Of a DNA stretch of 64,000 nt, positions 9,837-18,538 are shown piece after piece. The notes under the pieces are model-generated. The model had not been told where the DNA came from, made no database searches, and saw nothing but the letters and a program-made list of their open reading frames with translations. Position 1 is the stretch's first letter. Every line of letters begins with the position of its first letter. Source of the DNA: Verrucomicrobiaceae bacterium. GTDB taxonomy: Bacteria; Verrucomicrobiota; Verrucomicrobiia; Verrucomicrobiales; Akkermansiaceae. The DNA lies in the NCBI GenBank assembly GCA_051252135.1, contig JBPOGH010000008.1, positions 32,001 through 96,000 of the forward strand. Direction: 5' to 3'. The translations under genes and the position numbers were made by a program.

Positions 9837-12809
9837 GTGATCAAATTTCAAATCTCAATCCTCCTCGCCCTCTTCCCCCTCGCCCAAGCCCAGGAGTTCC
9901 CCACCCCCTACAACAGCGAAAAGGACACCTCCGCCAACCCTCCCTCACCCCAAAAAGCCGCCGCCTCCTTTCAGGTCCCCGAAGGCTTCCAAACCACCGT
10001 CTTCGCCGCCGAGCCCGACATCCAAAACCCCATCGCCCTGGCCTGGGATCACAAAGGCCGCATGTGGGTCGCCGAAAACTACACCTACGCCGAAAAAGGC
10101 AAACGCTTCGATCTCTCCCTCCGCGACCGCGTCATCATCCTCCAAGACAAAGACCACGACGGCCACGCCGAGACCCGCAAGGTCTTCTCCGACAAACTCC
10201 AGATGCTCACCTCCGTCGAGGTCGCAAAGGACGGCGTCTACCTCATGTGCCCGCCCCAACTCCTCTTCGTCCCCGATGCCGATCAAGACGACATCCCCGA
10301 CGCCGAACCTCGGGTCATTCTCGATGGCTTCACCGTCGCCCACAGCAACTACCACAATCTCGCCAACGGCCTCCGCTGGGGACCCGATGGCTGGCTCTAC
10401 GGACGCTGCGGTGGCTCCTGCCCCGGACTCGTCGGCACCCCCGGCACCGCCAAGGAAATGCGCGTCCCCATCGAGGGCGGCATCTGGCGCTTCCACCCCA
10501 CCCGCAAAACCTTCGAAGTCCTCTGCCACGGCACCACCAACCCCTGGGGCTTCGATTTCGACCAGCACGGCGAACTCTTCTTCATCAACACCGTCAACGG
10601 CCACCTCTGGCACGCCATCCCCGGCGCCCACTTCGACCGCCCCTTCGCCCCCTCACCCAACAAGCTCGTCTTCGAGCCCATCCAAATGCACGCCGACCAC
10701 TGGCACTTCGACCGCGCAGGAAAATGGCAGGATTCACGCGACGGCAAAGCCAACTCCCACGGCGGAGGCCACGCCCACATCGGCATGTGCATCTACCAGG
10801 GCGGCCACCTCCCAGACTACTGGAATGGCAAACTCCTCACCTGGAACCAACACGGCAAACGCCTCAACGTCGAAAAACTCAACCGCCATGGCTCCGGCTA
10901 CCTCGCCACTCATGAACCCGACGCCTTCATCTCCGGCGACCCCTGGTTCCGTGGCCTCGAAATCTCCACCGGCCCCGATGGTGCCCTCTACGCCCTCGAC
11001 TGGTCGGACACCGGCGAATGCCACGATCACACCGGCGTCCACCGCACCTCCGGCCGCATCTACCGCTTCTCCCACGGCACCCCTCCCAAACCCGACCTCC
11101 ACCTCCTCCAAAACATCACCCCCGAAAAACTCACCCAAATCATCAAACATCCCAACGTCTGGTACGAACGCCAAGCCCGCAAACTCCTCACCCCAACCCC
11201 CGAGCTCATCGCCACCGCCCAAAACCTCCTCAAATCAGAAAACACCGTCACCCAACTCCGCTCCCTCTGGACGCTCAATGCCTTGGAAACATCTAGGCCT
11301 GAGACCCTTCTCGCCAACAATAACGAGCATCTCCGGGCTTGGGCCATTCGTCTCCTCACCGACCGAAAACCAATCGACCACGTTCACGGGCTCCATCCCC
11401 GAAATACCCTGCCGATTCTCGACCCATTTCCGCCGGTAGATCGACTAATCAAACTTGCAGAAACAGAACCCTCGCCATTGGTCAGACTGGCTCTTGCCTC
11501 TTCCATTCAAAGGGTTGGAATTTCAGATCGTCCCGCCCTCGCAATCTCCCTAGCTGCTCGAAATGACGACCAAGACCACAACCTTCCAAAACTCGTCTGG
11601 TTCGGCATCGCCCCCCTCCTCAAAGACCACCCTGAAGGCTTAATTGAAGCCGCCAAAGCCACCACCTGGCCCGACCTCCTCCGCTACATCGCCCGCGCCA
11701 TGGCCTCTCAACCCGATGCCATCATCGACCTCGCCATCGCCCATCCCAACAAAGCCCCCCACCTCCTCCAAGGCCTCTCCGAGGGCTTCAAAGGCTGGCA
11801 CAAAGCACCCCTCCCCAAAAACTGGGATCAAGCCGTCGACACCCTCTCCGAAAAGAACCCCGACCTCATCCGCGAGCTCTCCGCCCTCTTCGGCGACGGC
11901 CGCGCCCTCGACTCCCTCCGCAAGATCGCCCTCGATCACAACGCCGGATTCGCCACCCGCCAGACCGCCCTCCAAGGCCTCATCGACGCCCGCCCAGACG
12001 ACCTCCGCCCCCTCTGCGAAAAACTCCTCAACGTCCGCTACCTCAACAAAACCGCCATCCGCGGCCTCGCCACCTTCGCCGACCCCGCCATCGCCACCCT
12101 CCTCCTCAAAAAATACCCCGGCCTCCGCCCCGACGAAAAACAAACCGTCATCGACGCCCTCGTCACCCGCCCCACCTGGGCCAACTCCCTTCTAACAGAA
12201 ACCGAATCCCAAAAGATTCCCCGCACCGCCATCACCCCCTTCCACGCCCGCCAAATCGTCTCCCTCAACGACGAAACACTCACCGCCCGCCTCCACAAAA
12301 TCTGGGGCCAGGTCCGCCTCTCCGATGCCTCCAAAAAGAAGTCCATCGAAGTCCTCCAACTCGCCTTCACCCCTGAATTCCGCGCCCAGGCCGACCTCTC
12401 CGCCGGCCGCCTCCACTTCCAAAACCTCTGCGCAAGCTGCCACCTCCTCTACGGCCAAGGCGGCAAACTCGGCCCCGACCTCACCGGATCCGGCCGCGCC
12501 GATCTCGGCTACCTCTTGGAAAACATCATCGACCCCTCCGCCATCGTCCCCGCCGAATACCGCATGACCACCCTCCAGCTCCACGATGGCCGCACCCTCG
12601 CCGGAGTCATCGCCTCCCAAACCGACCGCACCCTCACCCTCCGCAGCCTCACCGAAGAAACCACCCTCGAGAAATCTGCCATCAAAAAGACCACCACCCT
12701 CGAGAACTCCATCATGCCCGAAGGCCTCCTCAACACCCTCACCCCCAACCAAACCCGCGACCTCCTCGCCTACCTCATGCACCCCAAACAAGTCCCCCTC
12801 AAAAAATAA
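9837..12809 (+). CDS. PVC-type heme-binding membrane-bound dehydrogenase-like protein (propeller + HEAT repeats + cytochrome c)
   Basis: VFAAEPDIQNPIALAWD, NGLRWGPDGWLY, TNPWGFDFD, HEAT-like middle, C-terminal CASCH..GPDLTG..SIMPEGL. Confidence 0.9.
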   Translation: MIKFQISILLALFPLAQAQEFPTPYNSEKDTSANPPSPQKAAASFQVPEGFQTTVFAAEPDIQNPIALAWDHKGRMWVAENYTYAEKGKRFDLSLRDRVIILQDKDHDGHAETRKVFSDKLQMLTSVEVAKDGVYLMCPPQLLFVPDADQDDIPDAEPRVILDGFTVAHSNYHNLANGLRWGPDGWLYGRCGGSCPGLVGTPGTAKEMRVPIEGGIWRFHPTRKTFEVLCHGTTNPWGFDFDQHGELFFINTVNGHLWHAIPGAHFDRPFAPSPNKLVFEPIQMHADHWHFDRAGKWQDSRDGKANSHGGGHAHIGMCIYQGGHLPDYWNGKLLTWNQHGKRLNVEKLNRHGSGYLATHEPDAFISGDPWFRGLEISTGPDGALYALDWSDTGECHDHTGVHRTSGRIYRFSHGTPPKPDLHLLQNITPEKLTQIIKHPNVWYERQARKLLTPTPELIATAQNLLKSENTVTQLRSLWTLNALETSRPETLLANNNEHLRAWAIRLLTDRKPIDHVHGLHPRNTLPILDPFPPVDRLIKLAETEPSPLVRLALASSIQRVGISDRPALAISLAARNDDQDHNLPKLVWFGIAPLLKDHPEGLIEAAKATTWPDLLRYIARAMASQPDAIIDLAIAHPNKAPHLLQGLSEGFKGWHKAPLPKNWDQAVDTLSEKNPDLIRELSALFGDGRALDSLRKIALDHNAGFATRQTALQGLIDARPDDLRPLCEKLLNVRYLNKTAIRGLATFADPAIATLLLKKYPGLRPDEKQTVIDALVTRPTWANSLLTETESQKIPRTAITPFHARQIVSLNDETLTARLHKIWGQVRLSDASKKKSIEVLQLAFTPEFRAQADLSAGRLHFQNLCASCHLLYGQGGKLGPDLTGSGRADLGYLLENIIDPSAIVPAEYRMTTLQLHDGRTLAGVIASQTDRTLTLRSLTEETTLEKSAIKKTTTLENSIMPEGLLNTLTPNQTRDLLAYLMHPKQVPLKK

Positions 12810-12838
12810 CCACTTTCCACCTCCCACTCAGCATCCTC

Positions 12839-13142
12839 CCCCGCTGCCAACGGCAGCACACAATCAAAGCATGGGGCTTCAGCCCCATGACCCCCAACCA
12901 CCAGACGACCGCGTGCTGAAGGCACGCCAGAATCTCCCGCTAACCAATCGACCCCCATACCCCAACCCCTTCACCACCGAAATCCACCAATTCCCCACAA
13001 CCCATCCCCGCTGCCAACGGCAGCACACAGCCAAAGCATGGGGCTTCAGCCCCATGACTCCCAACCACCAGACGACCGCGTGCTGAAGGCACGCGAGAAT
13101 CCCCCGTAAACCAATCGATCCCATGCCCCAATCCCTTCACCA
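12839..13142. repeat. Tandem ~137 bp REP-like units (period 167), each with three hairpins
   Basis: GCTGCC-AAC-GGCAGC, CATGGGGC-TTCA-GCCCCATG and CGTGC-TGAAG-GCACG occur in both copies (12839-12976, 13006-13142). Confidence 0.9.
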
Positions 13143-13275
13143 AATCTACGGCCACATCATCTTCTCAACCAAGGATCGCTACCCCCTCATCACCCCGGAC
13201 ATCGAACCCGGCCTACACCGCTACCTCGCCGGAATCGTTCGACAACTTCTCCTCAGTTCCCGAGCCTCGGTCTAA
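13123..13275 (+). pseudogene. Truncated IS200/IS605-family (RAYT-like, Y1) transposase N-terminus
   Basis: MPQSLHQIYGHIIFSTKDRYPLITPDIEPGLHRYLAGIVRQL resembles TnpA N-termini (Y.H..FSTK.R.P.I); stops before the HUH motif. Confidence 0.8.
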
Positions 13276-13356
13276 TTCGCTGGAACCGGAAGTAAATTTG
13301 CGCTTCTGCTTTCTCGATTGAGGTAATCCGCGAGAGAGTCATTTCCCAATTTAGAA

Positions 13357-15153
13357 TCAGGCGGTATCTTTACGTGATGCCGCTTTTTTCTTGAGGGACG
13401 GACCGATACAGCGGAGCGACTCCCAGAAAGCTCCTGCCACTCCCAATAAGAGAATGACCAATGTCAGCTTTCCAAAAAGATCACCGGTCCGACTATAGAG
13501 TGTTCGCCTGGAATCCAAATGGACAGGCTCCACCCGCTGGCCGGAAATCCCCGCTTCTGCACGAAGCTGCTTGATCTCTTCCACCATCACCATGAATTTT
13601 TCTCGGATCTCCGGATCAGTCGATAGTTTGCCTTTGTGCTCCTTGCGGAACTTCATCACATCACTAATGTGATCAAGTTCGGGTGCTCCTTTTCCGGTCC
13701 AAGTATCGCCGGATGAATTCGTGATCTCTCCGTAAATCTCGCCAGTCGGTTTCACGAAACAAGAAATTCCGGTATTCGCGCTGCGGGCGATTCCCAAGCG
13801 ACCCTCCACCGCACGAAACGGCAGGAGGTAGTGATTGTGTACCATCGCACGGTTCCGCAAAAAACCGCCGTTATTGGCAATGTTCACTACGAATCCAATC
13901 GGCTTTTTGTCATCCTCTCGAGCCGGAAGAAAGGTCCCGACATCTTTCGGGTAGATAATTTCATTGCAAATTCCGACGACATATCGCCAGGAAGCTTCGG
14001 TCTCGTTGGCCAAGGTGAAAATTTCGCGGGAGGTTCCTGGAGTGAACCAATCGTTACGACCTTCGGCGACATTCGCCTCCAGCCATTTGTGGGCAAATGT
14101 TCCCTCCCACGGAAGATACTCGCCGACTGGGAAAAGGTGAATTTTATCCTGAGTCGCGGCCAGCTGCCCGGTTCCGGGGTCGAAGCGAAGGGCGGTGTTT
14201 CGTTTCTCCTCTCCATGAACCGTTTGCGATCCCACCAATACGGGAATCTCCTCTTGGTCGACCCACTTCTGGATCAGCTTTTTGTAACGTTGGCTCATCT
14301 GATGCTCGGGAGAGTTTCCCAACCATTCACGATTCAGTGGTGGAATGCCACTTGGGGACTCAGGCCAAATTATCATCTCAGGTTTTTCGGAACCGGTAAG
14401 AGATTCGGTGCTTAGTTCGAGCAGTTCTTGCATCAGGATGTTCGGGTCAGAGCCCGGTCCCATGCTACCATCGAACCGGGTTGGAACATCGGTCTGGATA
14501 ATCGCGAGTACCGGTCCGGCGGTCATCGAGTTTTCAGATTGGTGAAGGCGGAACGTGCTGTAAGCGGCCACGAAGACCCACGCGGCCATTACTGAAAAAA
14601 CGGGCACCTTCACTGAGTTCCAAACAAGACCTTGGGTAGACCTTTTTTCACAAATGAGGTCCGTCAAAAGCCCGCCGACCATCGCCATCGCGAAACTCAA
14701 GACATAGGACCCGCCGAGGTCACTTACCTGAATCATCCAGAGTTGCTCGTAAGCAGGTTGGGCTAAGAGGCCGAAGGGCATTCCGAGCGATCCGCTCATG
14801 CGCCAGAACTCGCCGCCGACCCAAACTACTGGAACGATGTAGGACATTGGGGAACCGGTCTTTTTTCGTAACCACGAGGCCGAGAGCACGACCAAGGCCA
14901 CGATCACGCCGTGGTAGAGTGCTAGGATTGCCAAACCAAGCTCACTGAAGGTGTTGAAATATTGGTAAACCGCGAGCCAAGTCAGGGTGGTCGCCAGTCC
15001 GATGCTGACGACCTCGAAAACCCGGAGAGGCTTCCCTGCAAGGAGGCCAATAGGAATGGTAACGAAAAATACAAAGGGCCACCAAAGATAGTAAGCGAGA
15101 TAGAAAAGAACGCCGAAGAGAGAAGAGAGTGCGAGCGTGGAGAGCTGTTTCAT
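13357..15153 (-). CDS. lnt: Apolipoprotein N-acyltransferase-like protein (atypical)
   Basis: N-terminal TM helices, WVGGEFWR..GMPFG, nitrilase triad WPES / KIHLFPVGEYLP / ICNE, RAVE, RSANTGIS, C-terminal TLY..GD + TM. Confidence 0.8.
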   Translation of the reverse strand: MKQLSTLALSSLFGVLFYLAYYLWWPFVFFVTIPIGLLAGKPLRVFEVVSIGLATTLTWLAVYQYFNTFSELGLAILALYHGVIVALVVLSASWLRKKTGSPMSYIVPVVWVGGEFWRMSGSLGMPFGLLAQPAYEQLWMIQVSDLGGSYVLSFAMAMVGGLLTDLICEKRSTQGLVWNSVKVPVFSVMAAWVFVAAYSTFRLHQSENSMTAGPVLAIIQTDVPTRFDGSMGPGSDPNILMQELLELSTESLTGSEKPEMIIWPESPSGIPPLNREWLGNSPEHQMSQRYKKLIQKWVDQEEIPVLVGSQTVHGEEKRNTALRFDPGTGQLAATQDKIHLFPVGEYLPWEGTFAHKWLEANVAEGRNDWFTPGTSREIFTLANETEASWRYVVGICNEIIYPKDVGTFLPAREDDKKPIGFVVNIANNGGFLRNRAMVHNHYLLPFRAVEGRLGIARSANTGISCFVKPTGEIYGEITNSSGDTWTGKGAPELDHISDVMKFRKEHKGKLSTDPEIREKFMVMVEEIKQLRAEAGISGQRVEPVHLDSRRTLYSRTGDLFGKLTLVILLLGVAGAFWESLRCIGPSLKKKAASRKDTA

Positions 15154-15187
15154 GTGTGACTGCGCCAGGCTTTTCTCTTGCGCCCTC

Positions 15188-17515
15188 CTACTCCGGGCGA
15201 GCGCGATAAAAACGGCGACCGCTAGTCTCTGAAGACTGATCGATGAGCTTGATCTCACCGTCAACGGCCCGCGCGCGCCCCATCCCGAACCAGTTCTCTA
15301 GATCAGGGGAGGACTCCAGGAGGTAGCCGCGGCCATTGGCTCCATTCGAGGAAAATATCCTGCGTCCGTCCTCCGCGATCTGGAGGCGGCCTGTGAGAGG
15401 AAGAGGTTCGCTGTCGAAGTCCTCGGTCGTGACCGCGATTTGGGTGAGTGCTCCAGTGACATTAACTTCGATCTCTTCTTCGATCTCTTTCTTCCCAAGG
15501 GCCCGCGTTCCCTCGACGCTGGCATGGATGGTCCAGAGAGTATTCCCATCGGAAACGACCGGGATATGCGCCACGCCATCCGCGCCCGTGAAGCTGTAGG
15601 AATGAAAGTCGTCGTCATCAATCGTGGCGAAGGCATGGAGGGTGAGGCCTGCGAGGGGGGCATTGGTATTCCGATCCGTGATCGTAAGTTCGATTTCGGG
15701 AGTGGTTTCATCGACCTTGATGACATCGAGATCCACCTCTAACTCTCCATCGAATTCCGGGTCACCCGGATCCACGGTGACCGTCGGTTGGCCGATGAAA
15801 ATGAGTTTCTCCTTTCGGCGGGCGACCTCGGTGGGGTCCGGGAATACCAGCCAATCTCCTTCGGCGAGGAAAATGCAGTATTCTCCATCCGTTTCGAAAG
15901 TGGATTGGAGGACATATTCGTCCACCGTCAGCTCTTTGTTATGAGCGAGAAGCCGAAGACGACCGATGGGCTCGCCTTCCTCGTCGGAAACTACGCCGAT
16001 GAGTTCCGCCATCGCGGGCCGCGCTGTCGGGTTGTGTTCAATGGACTGTCGTTCACCAGTCACGTGAATTTCCTGCATGGTGACCCCCGTGTGATCTGAA
16101 TCTTCGAGTGAAAAAGAAAATGGAGAGACTTCCCAATGTCCCGGGGTGACTGCGAGCCGGTAACGTCCTTCCTCATCGGTCACTCCATAGGCGGACTCTT
16201 GGGTTGCTTGATTGAGCGCGACGATCTCGACCCCGAAAATTGAAGGTCCCGAGGTGCTCGTCAGGGTTCCGTGAACAAGGGATGATGCTCGTTTTAAAGT
16301 TAGCTCCAAGCCCCTGACATCACTTCCTCCGGTAGTGTCCGCAAGTGCTAGACTGGATGGGATGATGCAACCCAGCTTTGCGGCGATTTCTCCCCGCACG
16401 AGAATGCTCCAATGATTTTCATTCACCATCACGCTGAAATTTCCTGCTTCATCGGTCCAGGTGACGGTGAAGAATTGCGCGGTGACCTCTTCGGTGACCG
16501 GCGGAGTTGAGAAGAAAAGCTCAACTCCCGCCATGGGGAGGAGGGTTTCCGAATCCTTCAATGTGCCTGAAATCAAGCGGGTTCCTTTCTCCAGGAAAAT
16601 GTCATGATCGAAAAAAGTGTCTTCCACGAGATTGACCTCGGTCCCCGGCCCAAATCTCCCAACGTAACCCTCCTTTGTGGCGGCAAAGTCGAACTCATTC
16701 CTTTCCTCCGAAGGCAGGAAATAGTCTCCTGATTCGTCCGCGGTCGTACCGGAAAGAATATCGGCATAACCGGAGAGCGGCCACATTTTCACCACGAGTG
16801 CTCCGGGAATGGGCTGGCTGGTGTCCTGATCGATGACCGAACCCGTCAGACCTTGCGCGGCGTCTTCCTCGGCGGAAACTACGCTCACCGGAAGATCCAC
16901 GGAAAAGGTCGCGCCGGGGTTTCCCGGATCAGCAGGCGGGGCATTTGAGATGCGGTAGAGGTAGTCACCCACGATGCTCGCAGCGCTCGGTTCATAATAA
17001 TCGATCTGGGCGATGATGGTGCCTTCCGCAATCACGGTGGTATCGACCGGGAGGTTGAAATTATAAACCTTTCCGATGAGCTCGGCCCCGCCATCGGTGA
17101 TGAAGTGGCTTCCCTGAAGCATGAGTGGCGCGCCTCCCGGAAGGACGCGGAATTTTTCAAGGAGAACGGTCTGACCCGGCGCGAGACCCTCGATTGTGAG
17201 GTCGAGAAATCCGAAAAAATCATCAGGGATTTCCGTTACCGTGAGGGCGGGAGTGCCCTCATCGTCGTCGTGATCCACCGTGAGCGTGACCGCGCCGGGC
17301 ACGACCCCTGCAACCTCGGGCTTGTTTTCTGCTGGGAGAGACGGGACGGGCGTATTCCAACTGATAATGGTGAGCTGTTCCGGGAGGCGCACGTCAGCCC
17401 AAACCGTGCTTCCAAGCATACTGTGAACTGTAGCGAGGGCCGTCCCGGCGGTCAGGAATAGGGCGCTGGTGGAAAGAAGGAGAAATTTGGATGCGGCGGC
17501 GAGGTGGTCATTCAT
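15188..17515 (-). CDS. Large acidic secreted protein with carboxypeptidase-regulatory-like beta-sandwich repeats
   Basis: Signal peptide; repeats G.V.D....PI.G...TDE.G.Y/F; C-terminal YLLESSPDLENW...RFYR tail. Confidence 0.8.
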   Translation of the reverse strand: MNDHLAAASKFLLLSTSALFLTAGTALATVHSMLGSTVWADVRLPEQLTIISWNTPVPSLPAENKPEVAGVVPGAVTLTVDHDDDEGTPALTVTEIPDDFFGFLDLTIEGLAPGQTVLLEKFRVLPGGAPLMLQGSHFITDGGAELIGKVYNFNLPVDTTVIAEGTIIAQIDYYEPSAASIVGDYLYRISNAPPADPGNPGATFSVDLPVSVVSAEEDAAQGLTGSVIDQDTSQPIPGALVVKMWPLSGYADILSGTTADESGDYFLPSEERNEFDFAATKEGYVGRFGPGTEVNLVEDTFFDHDIFLEKGTRLISGTLKDSETLLPMAGVELFFSTPPVTEEVTAQFFTVTWTDEAGNFSVMVNENHWSILVRGEIAAKLGCIIPSSLALADTTGGSDVRGLELTLKRASSLVHGTLTSTSGPSIFGVEIVALNQATQESAYGVTDEEGRYRLAVTPGHWEVSPFSFSLEDSDHTGVTMQEIHVTGERQSIEHNPTARPAMAELIGVVSDEEGEPIGRLRLLAHNKELTVDEYVLQSTFETDGEYCIFLAEGDWLVFPDPTEVARRKEKLIFIGQPTVTVDPGDPEFDGELEVDLDVIKVDETTPEIELTITDRNTNAPLAGLTLHAFATIDDDDFHSYSFTGADGVAHIPVVSDGNTLWTIHASVEGTRALGKKEIEEEIEVNVTGALTQIAVTTEDFDSEPLPLTGRLQIAEDGRRIFSSNGANGRGYLLESSPDLENWFGMGRARAVDGEIKLIDQSSETSGRRFYRARPE

Positions 17516-17593
17516 GTTGATTCTGAGGTACTGCTTGAAATTTGCTTTTGGCGGGAGATCTTTGACGTCTCCTTGGGACGGGGAGAAAGGAGC

Positions 17594-18391
17594 TTACTTA
17601 ACTGCTCCGCATCGGCGGCGGCGCAGCAAGACCAGACCACTCAAGCCGAGCAACAATGCCGAACCCGGCTCTGGCACTGCTGCCGAGAAGTTGTCAAAAG
17701 TCGCATCGGTGACGCCCGGGTCATTGAGATTTGCCGCGACCAACACTCCGGGATTTCCAGAGAGGTAAGTCGCATCAGTGGCCGTCACCGTTGCCAGAGG
17801 CTTACTCAGGTCGCTGAGGTCAAAGATTTGGCCAATCAACGATGTTCCCGATCCGCTAAAGATCAGACGATAGTCGTTCGCGGAATCAATTTCCACCGTG
17901 ACAACAGAAGAGCCGGTACTGTCAGGGTCTGAAGTCGGGGCGGACAAGACCTCGTCCGTAATCCGACCGATCATGATATAATTACAAACGTCGCAAATCA
18001 AAAGCGCATATCCGTCCGTTGTTCCCGGGCCAAAACTGGACGCGCGGGAAACCAGACCAAAGGATTGACTTACGGAATCGTCCCAATCAACGAGATCGAC
18101 CGTATTGATAAATTGCGTTTGATTCACATCGGCACGGTAGCTGCCGACCCGCGAAGGTCCGAGTTGAGGAGCCGGGGAGGCGGGAGCTTGATTTTGATAG
18201 CGATCTCCGTTGGGGAAATCGCGAGAAGCGAAAGAGCCGCCCAAAGCCGCGCCAATCGGATCGTAACGTGTCCAGCCTGCGTCATCCCCGTCGTTGAAGT
18301 CATCAATAAGGGTGACCGCAGAGGCAGGAATGGCGAGGAGGACGAGCGACGAACAAGCCGTGAGTTGTGTTTTTAAAGTCATGGATATCAT
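17594..18391 (-). CDS. PEP-CTERM sorting domain protein
   Basis: Signal peptide; C-terminal VPEPGSALLLGLSGLVLLRRRR. Confidence 0.92.
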   Translation of the reverse strand: MISMTLKTQLTACSSLVLLAIPASAVTLIDDFNDGDDAGWTRYDPIGAALGGSFASRDFPNGDRYQNQAPASPAPQLGPSRVGSYRADVNQTQFINTVDLVDWDDSVSQSFGLVSRASSFGPGTTDGYALLICDVCNYIMIGRITDEVLSAPTSDPDSTGSSVVTVEIDSANDYRLIFSGSGTSLIGQIFDLSDLSKPLATVTATDATYLSGNPGVLVAANLNDPGVTDATFDNFSAAVPEPGSALLLGLSGLVLLRRRRCGAVK

Positions 18392-18538
18392 GGTTCTTTT
18401 TTGGTTGGTGCTGGGGCAAGGCTTGGAAATCATCGTTGATCTCTCCTCTTCACCTCCAATTCCCTTTTTTCAGGAGAACATTACCAAAAAAGGTGAACTA
18501 ATTTTGATCACCCTTCCCGCCCCGGAATTCCGTGACTT

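Noticed and set aside
12839..13142. Possible CRISPR array
   Set aside because: Only two long units, no unique spacers of regular length, no cas genes; better explained as REP-like units
12586..13155. ORFs 12586-13086, 12770-12958, 12879-13124, 12940-13155
   Set aside because: Translations of the REP repeat and the end of the upstream gene
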